Under the pieces are notes generated by a model, which did no database searches, was not told the DNA's origin, and saw only the letters and a program-made list of their open reading frames with translations. Positions 50,155 to 64,000 of a stretch of DNA of 64,000 nt are shown one piece after another; the stretch's first letter is position 1; each line of letters opens with the position of its first letter. The stretch is from Batkoa obscura (taxonomy: Eukaryota). Both the position numbers and the translations under genes were made by a program. The stretch is from positions 620,001 to 684,000 of the forward strand of contig JASVEC010000023.1 in NCBI GenBank assembly GCA_030770535.1. Direction: 5' to 3'.

Positions 50155-50971
50155 ATATGTTTTCTCAAATGTTAATATAAAATTTCTAAAACTTCTAAAA
50201 TTAAAAAACTTAAGAATTTTTGTATCTAAATTACTCATTTAAGTTCAGTTTGGATTTATAAACTACAATAAAGATTCATAAAAAAATAACAGTGTTGTAT
50301 TATTTTTTTAACTTTATTTAGCTTTGTTTATTAACTTACAATAAATTAAACTACTTATAAATTTTGTTCTTTGTTTTTTATACTTCTTTTACTATTAATC
50401 ATTTATTTTTATAGTAAAATATTACTTAATATTATTATTTATTTATTATATAATCAAATGTACTTTGCTTTTATTTATAATTCTAGTTTAATAAAATTAC
50501 ATATCCCTACTCTTTTTAGAACCCATCAATGTTATATTATATATTAACTACTTATATACTATGAACAAACTGTATCTGCTAAATTTTTATAAAAATTAAT
50601 GAATATTGCTTATTAAATTAGTCTCGACTAAGCAAAAATCATTCTTTAATAATTGAAAAATGAAAATTCCAATTCAATAGAATTTTTTGATATATTTAGT
50701 ACTAAAGGGTTAAATAAATTCCAAAATGCTATTAGAAATAATGCTATTAATTAAGAAAGCATTGAATTATGATGTTATATCATTGTAATATTATAAAAAT
50801 ATTGAATTTAATAAGTTGTTTAAACTATTTACTAAGCAATGGATTTATTATAAAAATAAGAAAGATTACTTAACTTTTTTTTCCGTTATTCAAAAGGTCT
50901 TCTATTTTTTCTTTTATACAAATACTTTGTTGTCTCGTTTATACAAAATATTTTTTCTTTATCATTTAAAC

Positions 50972-52354
50972 ATGATGCTTAAATTCGAGGATCTATCAGA
51001 TATTATTTTAGAGGAGATATTGAATTCAGTATCTCCATATGAGTTAATTAGACTTCGTACTTTGAACAGGTTCTTTAATAAATTTATTTCTATAATGGTA
51101 TTTAATAAAAGGTGTAATTCAATTCCTGCATTCTATATTGATGATGAATTTCGAGATAAGTTTATAACTAGGAATGGAAACAATATGAATCATTTAAGCG
51201 TAGGTTCCAATGATAATATCCAATACCTTAAATTGTGTCCAAATATCTCTAGTTTATCTGTATATTGTTATAATGATTTGAATGAATTGGGCCTGGCAAT
51301 AGCTTCCAATCCTTTCCCTAGGTTAAGAACTCTTAAGCTAGAAGTATCATGTGAAAGACCTGAATTTATAACTTTTTTACTAATTATTAAGCTTATATTA
51401 TACAATATTGAAAACCTTCATATAGAACGTTTTAAATATAAGCTTGATGAAGTTATTAATTATATCAATCCGAATAAACTTGATGAGGTTGTTAGCTATC
51501 TCAATCCAGACAAGCTTAAAGTATTGAACTTTCGTTCACTTTTTGGCTCTATTGTAGATTTAGACTCATTAAAACAAATAAAGAATGAGTTAAAGGGTTT
51601 AAAACTATTATCAGTAACGTGTTATAAACGGTTCTATAATCGTGTCTTTGATGATTTAGTATTTTATGAATCTCCAACCAAATTTAACATAACTTTGAAA
51701 CATTTTAATGGATACTTGAATCAATATAAAGACTTATCAAAATTTAATGAGATTTACATAGATACAATCAATGAAGAGTTTGATTTTAGAATACTTGATA
51801 AAATAAACAAGCATAAAATCAGAGCTTTAGGTTATATCAATCCTACAATGCTTGAGCTTATTGATTTAAAAGTATTGTCAAATTTAAAGAAAGTGAGTAT
51901 AATGGAAAAAGATGAATTACCAAGTATTATAGCCTCAATTTCTTCAGTATTAACAATTCATACTATTGAATTATGTTTCCTTGAACAGGTCTTTAAACCT
52001 GACAAATTAATTTCATTGAGAGATTTTGATTTAAGAAAAATCAAGCATACCAATACTTATTACCACAAGCGACCTTTAAACAAGCAACATTTTATCCAGT
52101 GCAGCTTTATAAAGCAGTTAACATTTGTTAATTGCTTTGTATCATTACAAGATATTTTTGATGTTTTATATCTATTTCCCAATATTGAATCGGTTACACT
52201 CAAGAAATTTACTTTCAAAAAATGTAAAGAAAAAATAGTATACAGTCTTAGTAATCCTATATTATTTCAATTTATTAAAATTCAGTTTGAATGTAATAAG
52301 ACAGAGATTATGGATATTTTAAACAAGGATTCATTGATTACATTAATAAAATAA
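50972..52354 (+). CDS. F-box + LRR/RNI-like protein, intronless
   Basis: F-box-like MMLKFEDLSDIILEEILNSVSPYELIRLRTLNRFF; LRR-like LCPNISSL, FPRLRTLKL, FPNIESVTL. Start moved to ATG 50972. Confidence 0.8.
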   Translation: MMLKFEDLSDIILEEILNSVSPYELIRLRTLNRFFNKFISIMVFNKRCNSIPAFYIDDEFRDKFITRNGNNMNHLSVGSNDNIQYLKLCPNISSLSVYCYNDLNELGLAIASNPFPRLRTLKLEVSCERPEFITFLLIIKLILYNIENLHIERFKYKLDEVINYINPNKLDEVVSYLNPDKLKVLNFRSLFGSIVDLDSLKQIKNELKGLKLLSVTCYKRFYNRVFDDLVFYESPTKFNITLKHFNGYLNQYKDLSKFNEIYIDTINEEFDFRILDKINKHKIRALGYINPTMLELIDLKVLSNLKKVSIMEKDELPSIIASISSVLTIHTIELCFLEQVFKPDKLISLRDFDLRKIKHTNTYYHKRPLNKQHFIQCSFIKQLTFVNCFVSLQDIFDVLYLFPNIESVTLKKFTFKKCKEKIVYSLSNPILFQFIKIQFECNKTEIMDILNKDSLITLIK

Positions 52355-55171
52355 CTTAACAAAGTAAGATAATAGCTAACTTTATTGAGTCTGGCCTTCA
52401 GCACCTATTTTATGCAATAAAATTCATTATCTGCCTACTAATAAAACTTTAACTATAATTTTTTTTAAATGAATGATATAGCTTCCTGAATTATTTAGTA
52501 CTTGATCATTGTTTTTGTTTTCTAAAAATTTCCAAATATCAATCTTTATCAGCTTCTTTGTTCTCTCGATTTTTACCTCTATTATTTAATTTGCTATTAT
52601 CCTTTTTATCTGCTTTGTCAGTTTTATTTTTCTTTCTAAAGTTTCTATCACCTTGTCTACTTAACTTTTTATTGTGAATATTATATAACTAATCACTCTC
52701 ATTTTGGTCATTCTCTTTTTCACTCACATTTTCTTTTTCTTTGCTTTATCTTCTTCTTTCTCATTATCACCATTTGTACTTGATTTACGATTCACTTGAT
52801 CAATTGAATGTTTGTTAATCTTAAGGTTCTTTAATTAGCATTTTTAGTCTAATTACTATCATTTATATTGGGAGTATTAATTAGAACGAAGTTAGTAGCG
52901 TCAATAATAATGAAAGATAAAGCCAAAGTAGTATAAAGCTGTTTAAGTTGCATAATTTGTTAATAAAAATTAAAGTAAGGAGAATGAATGAAGTATAACT
53001 ATTAATTTTAAATTGAAGTGTTCATTAGTATAATGGGGCTTTCTTGATACTTTCTATAGCTTCTACTTCGGATTTTATTATTCTTAAAATGTTCGCTATA
53101 ATTTTACTTTGTAATTCATCATTGAACTTTTAGTTTATAAATATTTAAAAAAATTAATTAAATCTTTTTTAGTTTATCATTAATTTAATTATATTCTTTT
53201 TATTCTTCTTTATGAAATTAATATGCCTCACTATAATAAATTTAAGAAGATTTCAATAGCATTTAGTTCAACTTTTCATTTCTACAGATTAAATATTTAA
53301 TTATTTTAGTTGTCGTTTTAATAGATGTGTATGTTATTTATATTTTATTTATATATTAAAATAAAATAATCAAATCAATAAATATTAATAAATTAGTATA
53401 AATTTAAAGGACTCACCCCTTTAAAAATGATATTACAACTTATGATATCAACTATGATATATTCAATAATATTGAATAACCCCATACAAGCTGTATATCT
53501 CATTTGAAATAATTATAATGATGAGATCGTTTATTTTATAACCTTTAATTGTATATTTGCTATAAGATGATATATAGTCAATAGAACGAAACTCATTACA
53601 CCATTGATAGAATCTGTTATTTTTACATTGTCATTAAAAGTTGGTTTTAAAAGTAACATTATTAAAAAGATCCATAATAAATAGTATAACGTTCTATATT
53701 ATTATTGTTATTTAATAACAAATCGTCAAAGTCATAAAAGTTGAAAATAGACTATAAAAGATGTAAAACTAGAATTTATTAAAAATACTATTTTTTTGAA
53801 ATAGTAAACTGTTCAAAATGGAACTATTGATTTTACCTTTTCAAAAATTTATAAAAACTAGTATTTAACAGGCTTATTATTAACTTCCTTAGTATCATCT
53901 TTGTTTTGTTTACCGGCTTTCTTAATCCCTTTTTCCTTTCCAGTTTTTTTATCGTCTACTCTATTTGGTCTTCCTCATTGGAGATCTTCTTTTTCGTCAT
54001 TCCTTTCTTCCTTATCTTCATTCCCTATTTAGTCTTCTTCAACACTTTCATTTTCGATATCTACTTCTCTTTTCTTATTAGCATTTCTTCTATTTGATTT
54101 AACATTCGCTTAGTTATGTAAGTATCTGTAACCTTAAGACTTAAGAAACTCTCGGATCAATTTGAATATTTAATATCAGGTGTCAAATATCTAAATTTAT
54201 CCGATATTTCCACAACTAAACTTTATTAAAAAATATTGGGGATATCTAGTTACAATAGTAGATGTATATTATTGACAAACTCATATTTTTAGATAGATAA
54301 TTTCTAAGCAAAATGGGTATTTTTGTAATTTAAATAAAACTTATCAGATGTTTTAATTTTAATTTATATGCGTTAGCAATATTAAATTAAATTAAAAAAA
54401 TATTACGTTGAGATTAATCAAAACTATATGGAGTGTTTTTTGATTTCATTTTATTTTTTTAAGCACTGTTGAGCTGAAATATTGAGTTGAAAAATTTCTT
54501 AAAAAAAGATATTCCCTCACATATAAACTTTGTAAAATTATTTAGAGAGTTCCAAACATAAAGCATATACTAAGAAAACAAATAATTTATAAACAATATT
54601 TAAACCACAAGTTGTAATATAAACCCAAAACTCATTAATAATCATATTTTATTTAAACTTGAGAAATTTAGGCTATATACATATACTATCATTATTATTG
54701 ATTAAAATAAAAGTACACAATTCAAACCCTAATCAAAAAATCAGATTACATCAAAATTTAAATGTTGGGTGGTAGTTACTCATAAAATCCCCACTGTAAT
54801 TATTTCCATTTGTGGTAAAATAGCACCTTAAAACATAATGGTTCTAGTTCCTAGGTTTCGCTCTGAAATAGAGATAACTAATTTTAGGCTAGTAAGGTGA
54901 AATTGGCTGCTTCAAATGTTGATAATAACTTCTATGTTATCCTAGAATAAAAGAATTCTATAATATTATATATTATATTGTATTTATTATGCAATTTCCC
55001 CTCAAAGACTCTCCAATTGTTTAAAATACTTGATAAAAAATTTAACTTCATCTATCCTAACGCAATAAAAAAACACTCGACTATAACCAAATAGTTAATT
55101 TTATTTAAATAAAAAATGGAGGAAAGTATTATCTAGGAGAAAATCCAACGCAAGTATGTTAATCAAATTAT

Positions 55172-55873
55172 TTATATATTTCCAGTCATTGGTTGTTCTT
55201 TTTTACCAAACAACTTTTCTAATACATTAATAAACCCTTCACGACCCTAGAAAAATAGAGATAAATACCTTTATTAAAAGACAATTTACAAATATTTACC
55301 TTAACAGCATTATCACTAAACCTCTGTATAGAAAACTCTTCAACATAACTAGCTAATTTAGATATATTTCCTAAAGCTGTAAATTGAGCTTGTTGTTGGA
55401 ATAAAGTTCTAAAATAAAAGGTCAATATATTGATCTAACAATAACTAATGTAACCCTTACCTTTCCGAGTTTTGTGGATCTGGTGTATAAGTAACGGTTT
55501 CTTTAATATTCATCAAATTGGTGTATGATAAATTATTAGTAGTAGCAACAAACTTTTTATTTTTTGAGTCAATTTCACATACCTCATGAACATAAGAGTG
55601 ATCCGAACATCCTAATACCTATAAAAAAAACTTTCAATAAACATATAAAATATAGTCACTTTAAATTACCTGTTTCAAAAGATAAGGTACATTTTGTTTT
55701 AAAGCAAATACTCTTTCTACTTTCAAAATACCAGTTACTGGGTCCACTTTTTGTGATATGGTATCAATACTTAATACATGTTGAGCATTATCGTTGGGAT
55801 ATTTTTTCCATACAGCAGTGGTCACATTCTCCCAAGAATGAGAATATAAGTAATCGGATTCAAAAAATTTCAT
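55172..55873 (-). CDS. UPS2: PRELI/MSF1-domain mitochondrial lipid-transfer protein (Ups2/PRELID3-like), 4 exons
   Basis: MKFFESDYLYSHSWENVTTAVWKKYPN..HVLSIDT; TTNNLSYTNLMNIKETVTYTPDP; RFSDNAVK|GREGFINVLE. Confidence 0.88.
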
Positions 55874-56916
55874 AATCGTTTATTATTTAATTTATTATTA
55901 TTAAAAAAATAGATTAAGAACAAAAAAGAAGCAAAGGTCTCAATTTATAAACCTAACTTTTTATTTCTAGATTTATCTTGTTTTTGGTTGGGTTGATATT
56001 TTTTTGATAAGGATCTAACCAATCATTGAATAAAAGGAGAATTTGATCTTATTTAATTGGTTGCTAATATCGCTTTTTAACCCCAAACTTTTTAAGAGTT
56101 AAGCTCATTTTAAGTCCATATTTTTTTAATCAACTTATTTTAATCACTTAAAGTAACTTTGAAATTAATCATTTTCGAAGATCCACTTTTATGCCATTAG
56201 ATTATTAGGTTTGCAATTTTGGCTCAATGAGTCAAAGGGATGACATCATAATAAGTTCATTAAAGGTTTAACAATGATTTAAATGTTGAGTATATTTTAA
56301 TTATTACTTAATGTAATTTTCTATTAAATCAGGCTTTATCGTAATATACTTTTGTTGACTACTTGTGATATAATAACTATTTCAAGTCAATAAATGTTAT
56401 TATTTAGAATATAAGAATTCTTTTTTTATTTATTTTATCAAATCTGTATGTTCAACAATCCATCATAATTTTGAGTAAATATAATGATTCAAACTTTTGG
56501 ATATAAAACTGTGACTGGACTTATCAAAGCTTCATGAGCTTTTTTAAAAGTAAATTGGAAAAAATTAATCGGAGTTTATTTTAGCATAATATTCATACCG
56601 ACACTGGATTAACTTTTATCCTTTTAAAAGCTATAAAAATTACGTTGCTTTCGTTTTCACTCCAATAATATTTATTAATAGTTTTATTATGTAATGAATA
56701 GTTTAGTTGGCTAAAAATAGTCAAGTTTAATTGTTTAAAATAATGTTTAATTTATCATAATAAAATTTTTATAAAATGAAGTGGTGACTTAAATAAATTA
56801 TAAAATTCTTATATTCATCTAGATATTATAGAAAATTTAAATATATATTTGGTAACTTCTCAATATTAAGTCATAAAATATTTTGATTAAAAATTTGATT
56901 TATCTATAAAGAGGAC

Positions 56917-57012
56917 GGGGATATGTTTTTTTGCTTAAGAATTTTACTACGATCTTTCCACTCAAATAGCGCTTAAAAAATGGAAAAATAATGAAACCAG
57001 AAAAACAGCCCT
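56917..57012 (+). mobile_element. MITE family A copy
   Basis: Full core; flanks GGAC/GGAT. Confidence 0.8.
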
Positions 57013-57179
57013 GGATACTAAAAGAATATTAAAATCAATCCCGTCTATATATAGTTAATTTTAATTAAATTTCACTGACTTATATTTAATTTAATTATCA
57101 ATTGAAAGCATTTATAAAAAGCATTCAAAAGTATGTCAAAAATTAGAATTCCTTTTATTAAACCCTAAACTCCCTTTTA

Positions 57180-59695
57180 TTAATGTCTAATAATCTTAAC
57201 CTTCTTTTTAACTTTCTTTGGCTTAACTTTAGCTGGCTCTTCCCTAAAAATATTAAACTACATTAGCCACCCTATTCATAAAATAAAACAATTCAAAGCT
57301 TACACTTTAGAAACAGGAGCAGCTACTTCCTTTGTTATAGCAGCAATCCCTTGGCTACCGCGAATTTGTTTATTCTTTTTATTTTTATTACGATAATAAC
57401 TTCGATCTTTCATTGGTAACCAACGTTGTAAATCAATTTTAATACCACTATTGATATTTTTAGGTGGTTTATTATGTCGATGATTCTTTCTCTTTTTACT
57501 AATTGAAACACGTGGTTCTCTAATTATTATTATAACTAATCATTACCTAATATATATTACTAAACTTACAAAGTAGTTAATTTTTGCCCAAATTTGATAT
57601 CCGAGAATCTAGCTTCTAAAGCTGAAATATCTTCTAAAATCTTTGGCTTTGGTAATTGATTTAAATATTGATCTGCTTTATCGGGATCGATTAATGATAA
57701 AGCTTTAATCAATCCTGATAAGGCATCAATATCATTGGGATTATGATCTAATAATAATTGATAATCCATAGCAGCTTCATTTGCTTGTCTACTTTTAAAT
57801 TTATTTTCGGCCATTTTACGTTGGATTATACTTTCATATTGGGACTATTAAAATAGATTATTAACAATTAAATAAAATATAAAGTTGATATAAAGTATTA
57901 TTACTGAATAAGGTGAATTGGCTTGATGAGCTTGATGAAGTAAAGTTTCTGCTTTATTATCATTATTTGTAAGTTGATATAACCATAATAAAGTGCCAAT
58001 TAATCCAGGTAAATATTTTTCATTTGGATTTTCTAATTTCGAATGTAATGTTTCAAGTGTATTAATAGCTAATTCATATTGTTTCTCTTTGACATAAAGA
58101 TGAGTTAAGGCTAATGATGCTTGGATATCTTGTCCATTATTTCTAGTATAATTCTATTAATTTATTTACATGTTAATTAAGTATTATTGGAATGTAATAA
58201 TAATATTTACTTTAATTTCATTAATAGCCTTAGTGTTATCACCTTGAATAATAAAATTTGAAGCCGTAACAATAATTTGAACATTTGATTGATGATCTAA
58301 TTTTTGAATTTTACGGGCTATATTAGATGCATTTGGGAACTAAAAAATAGTATGAGGTTACTCATTAATCAATCAATTAAAAACTCAATGATTACCATAT
58401 GTAACTGTAAATACAAAGCAATTTGATTTTTTAAAATCGAAATTTTTTGTAATTTAGTTAATCGATGAAATGAAGTTCCACTTAATGTTTGATTTAATTT
58501 ATAAACTTGTTCTAATAAGGATAATTTTTCTTGATTCATTACTATTAAATTATTATTGATGACTACTTTTGTCGGTTCATCTACAGAACTAAAGGTTATA
58601 TTAATATTAATTTTTGGATTATTTTTACAATACTGAATCATCGCTTACTTTTGTTTCAATACATTTTGATAAATTTCCAGACTTTTCTCTACATCTCCTT
58701 GAATGTGTTTTAAATAAGCTAATTGAATTAAAATTGGTGCTAATTCTTGGTTGATTTCTTGTTCCGAATAATCACTCGATTTTAATGTAATACGACATAA
58801 TTCTATGAAAAAAGAACTGTTAAATATTTTAGTATATAATCAATTCATGTCCTTACTTTCGGCTTCATTTAAAAGGCTCTGAGTAGATTGATAATCACCT
58901 TTAGCCATACTAATAATTGCAGTGTTATAGATTAATTCATAGGTTTTTGTTTTTCCAATAGCTAACTCCTAAAATATTAAAGTACTATAAAAAATGAGTA
59001 TGGTTCTACAAATAATTGATTTTACTTCTCCTTTAATATAGTAACTCTTTTGACAAGCGGAAGCATAAGCAGCTTGATAATTGGTTAATAATTCAATATA
59101 ATCTGGATGATTCTAAAACATTAATAATTAATTAATAAAAATGATATTACATCATTTACTACCTGTAAAGTATTTTGTAATAATTCGTTATAAAGCCTTA
59201 AACAAGTTTCGAAGTCTTCTGTTTTTAAAGTCTAATAATTACATCGATTAATATTTAGTAAAATCTAATTCTAAATTAACTTACAATTTGTGCCAATAAT
59301 TTTTTGTACTCTCTGGTTTCAATCAATTTGGAACTCTTGATCAGTTTTTCAGCTTCTTCTGCTTTATTAACTCTATATAAACAATACCCTTTTGGATATT
59401 CTAAATCAAACTTATTACTACCCTTCTCCTTTTCCAAAATTTCAAGCAATTTTAATGCTAAATGAAACTTTTCTTCTCTTATTAAAAGTAACAATTTACA
59501 GTATAAGCCATTAAGATCTGTTGGGTTGGATTTTAAAACTACAATAATAAATACAAAATTGAGTTTATAAATTAAAAATAAACTGAATCGATAATTTAAT
59601 TATTAATTACCATCTTCTACCAACGATAGCGCTGTTTTAATATCCGAATTCCTTATAGCTGATTCGATGTTGCTGTATTGTTCGACTTTACTCAT
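57180..59695 (-). CDS. SRP72: Signal recognition particle subunit SRP72, multi-exon
   Basis: N-terminal TPRs (KGYCLYRVNK, LLAQI, TYELIYNTA) and C-terminal RNA-binding motif KPPKN..DLQRWLPMKDRSYYRNKNKK..GSQG. Confidence 0.88.
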
Positions 59696-59827
59696 CTTTT
59701 CTTTAAAAATTAAAAAATGAAATATCAATTTTAAAGAGTCCAATTAAATGTGACAAAGTAGTACAAGTTTGTCTTAAAATTGTAAGGTTAAAAGCATATA
59801 TATTATAAAAAAGTTTCTATATGCTAT

Positions 59828-59899
59828 GGTTCCATGGTGTAATGGTTAGCACCCAAGGTTTTGATCCTTGTAATCCGAGTTCGATTCTCGGTGGGACCT
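59828..59899 (+). tRNA. tRNA-Gln(UUG)
   Basis: Acceptor GGTTCCA/TGGGACC, D arm TGGTGTAATGGTTAGCAC, anticodon arm CAAGG-TT-TTG-AT-CCTTG, T loop GTTCGATTC, T-run downstream. Confidence 0.96.
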
Positions 59900-59914
59900 T
59901 TTGTTTTAGAATTT

Positions 59915-60009
59915 GGGATGTATTTTTTCTAAAATTTTACTAACAAATTTTCCGCTTAAATAGTGCTTAAAAAATGGAAAAAACAATGAAGTCAAAAAAA
60001 AGACTCCCC
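59915..60009 (+). mobile_element. MITE family A copy 15 bp downstream of tRNA-Gln
   Basis: ATTT TSD. Confidence 0.82.
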
Positions 60010-60165
60010 ATTTAGCAATTTTAATTAGAACTATTTAAATTCGCTTAAGCTGTTTTTATATATATTTTACTCAGTACAAATATTTATAATCTTTACTAAC
60101 TTGAACTAACAACTCGATCATTAATTTTACAAGATTTATATCAAGTTGATAATTATAAATCATAT

Positions 60166-60258
60166 AGTGATGTTTTTAACTTAATTACTCTTTACATCTT
60201 TTAAGCGCTACTTGAGTGGAAAATTGTTAGTAAAATTCTTACACAAAAATACACCCCC
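60166..60258 (-). mobile_element. MITE family A copy
   Basis: Reverse orientation; flanks ATAT/GTAT. Confidence 0.78.
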
Positions 60259-60860
60259 GTATACTGAAATATTTAGTTTTAATTAAAGAGACAGTTATTC
60301 CTGTAAAAATTATTAAAAATCAAATTTAGTTAATAGCTATGGTACTTTTGTTTTATTCATTCATTCTAGCTTTACCAGATTATTTGTTAAAATATTTAAC
60401 TTTAGATAAATACAACACTAACATAGTCTTTACCCTTATATAACCAAGTTATATAAGCAGTGATTTATTACAAAACATATTACCTATAATGCAAATTAGT
60501 CAAAGAAAAGTACATCAATCAATGGATGTTACTTTAACTACTATATTTATATAAACTTATTGACTCCTTTTAGGGTCAATAACATTATAACAATGGTGTA
60601 TAAAAACCAAACAAAAATCAATTTAGCTCTAAATCCCTAACAAAAAGCTTTTACATTATCCAAACTAGACTCCAAACTCCATGGATTTACCCTCTCCTTT
60701 TTTCGGCTCTTATAGATCGTACATCTTTTCTAAAATTAGTGACTGTTCTTTTATGCCTTGTAACTCCATCTTTACCTTCTACTGCTACTAAACAAAACAT
60801 CATAAATTATGTTTATAAGTTTATATAAAAATCTAATCAAATCTCAAACAAATTAAAACT

Positions 60861-60932
60861 GGATCCATGGTGTAATGGTTAGCACCCAAGGTTTTGATCC
60901 TTGTAATCCGAGTTCGATTCTCGGTGGGTCCT
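60861..60932 (+). tRNA. tRNA-Gln(UUG), second isodecoder
   Basis: Identical to 59828-59899 except the acceptor stem, GGATCCA/TGGGTCC. Confidence 0.95.
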
Positions 60933-60937
60933 CATAT

Positions 60938-61032
60938 TTATATGTTTTTTTTGATTTCATCTTTCCATTTTTTAGGCGTTATTTGAGTGGGAAAATTGTT
61001 AGTAAAATTTTTAGGCAAAAAAATACATCACC
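60938..61032 (-). mobile_element. MITE family A copy 5 bp downstream of the second tRNA-Gln
   Basis: Reverse core, ATAT flanks, eroded tRNA-proximal terminus. Confidence 0.75.
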
Positions 61033-61308
61033 ATATCTACAACTTATATTTTTAACTTGGTCTAATTTTTAATTTATTTTAGTAAATTTACTTTCATTAG
61101 TTTAAATAAAGTTTTTTTTTGTTGTAAAACATAGTCCAAAAAATAATTGCTATTTAAAGTAATAGTTCTATTTTTTATTCCAAGTTGAAATTGAATTTTC
61201 AAATGAAATTGAATTAAAAATGCTAAATTTGAACTAGTCACTATTTTCCTAATCTCATCATTTAAAAAATCAAATCAGTTCAATTGATTTAACCTTTTCC
61301 TTTATAAG

Positions 61309-63017
<1,709 letters not shown>

Positions 63018-63159
63018 GATGAGGTTGATATGAAAATTAAATTGAAGTGATCGTTGTCTATTTATAAATAAATGTAATAAAATAACTCAGTTTAAATAAA
63101 TACTTAACTTTTATTTTGTTTTATTATACTCTTATTCTATTATGTACTTGTTTTATTTA

Positions 63160-64000
63160 TTAGTTATATTTAACTAACATAATTCCATCCCAGCTTGGTA
63201 ATAAAAAAGAATTGGTACGTTGATCATTGATTACTTTTTTATTAAACTCATTTAATTTATAAGCTATGCCTTTTTTAACATTATTATTATTATTATTATC
63301 TTCTATCTTTGGTACTTCACCATGGAATAAAACTATTAAAATATTAATTATTAATTATATAATGTATATTAATAATATAATGAAATGTTTAATTTAACTG
63401 AAACTCACCATTATCAATTATTAGTAAACCATTTTTTGTTAACAATTTTTCTTCAATAATTAAATCATAATAGGCCCAATATTTGGATTTATTAGCATCT
63501 AAAAAAATTAGTAAATTTCAATATTTTTAAAATTAATTAAACATCTTTCAATTTACCTAAAAATATCAGATCAAATTTTAATTCTTTAGGTATATTTAAT
63601 AAACTAAAAAATGTATATTGAAAGTTTAATTATTTCAATTTCAGTTCAAATAATTAACTATACCATAACTCAATATCTTGATTAATCAACTTAATTTCTA
63701 AGTCTTTATTTCTTTCTTTAGTTAAGTAAGATTCTGCTATTTTTAAAGCTTCTAGATTGATATCTACCCCAACAAATAATTTTTGCTTTTCTTTAATATC
63801 AAAACCCCATCCTTCTTTAATAAGTCCTTCATCTCCAACACTCTTACATTCACTATATTCTTTTATCATGTTTCGTGTTTCCCAACTCCATATTTTATCT
63901 GTTTCATTTAAGTTATTGAAATTCTCTAAAATTTTAATACTTTTCTTCATACCACTTATTAAATAACTACTTGAATACCCAGTGAATGTACCTAATTCTA
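63160..64000 (-). CDS. Class I SAM-dependent O-methyltransferase (CCoAOMT/COMT-like), 5'-truncated by the window edge
   Basis: ELGTFTGYSS; FDLIFLDANKSKY; GLLIIDNVLFHGEV; FNKKVINDQR..LLPSWDGIMLVK. Confidence 0.88.

Noticed and set aside
52500..54100. Purine-rich minus-strand stretches (52500-52830, 53880-54110) resembling charged protein fragments; ORF 53906-54097
   Set aside because: Interrupted by stops and low in complexity, with no assignable family; at most old pseudogene debris.
38661..56234. TGAGTCA (Gcn4/AP-1) sites at 38661 and 56228, and AGCCACCAAAA twice at ~44075 and ~44130
   Set aside because: One or two short motifs are not enough without conservation data.
4643..61032. The ~98-bp repeat as a CRISPR array, SINE or TA-targeting Stowaway-like MITE
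   Set aside because: It is dispersed in both orientations, has TIRs and no A/B boxes or tail, and nested insertions show a 4-bp rather than a TA duplication.

Overview
Very AT-rich eukaryotic nuclear DNA with short (~45-100 nt) GT-AG introns and fungal-type genes. An early-diverging fungus (Zoopagomycota/Conidiobolus-like) is inferred, not proven. Positions ~2-39 kb are gene-sparse and repeat-rich; ~39-64 kb is gene-dense. Genes in order: PH-RasGEF protein (partial), a 148-aa PacC/Rim101-type zinc finger, Con7-type C2H2 factor 1, cytochrome b5, a head-to-head VTC1 + SPX-VTC (Vtc4-like) pair, Con7-type factor 2, a hypothetical protein, A20/AN1 zinc finger, SYP1/FCHo-like, JMJD6, a Kelch-TM protein, F-box/LRR, UPS2/PRELI, SRP72, two tRNA-Gln(UUG), a MYST acetyltransferase and an O-methyltransferase (partial). 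Repeats: about 30 copies of a ~98-bp GGGG...CCCC MITE, five ~464-bp TG...CA solo LTRs and several foldback hairpins. The MITE's 4-bp target-site duplication (TSD) is shown directly by three insertions nested in one LTR. Best leads: (1) a naturally truncated PacC with five GCCAAG sites upstream; (2) a Vtc4-like subunit lacking the catalytic R-x-R, divergently paired with VTC1; (3) the GRG-terminus, 4-bp-TSD MITE family; (4) a head-to-head pair of decayed, mutually homologous ORFs of unknown origin. All coordinates and splice models were read by eye.
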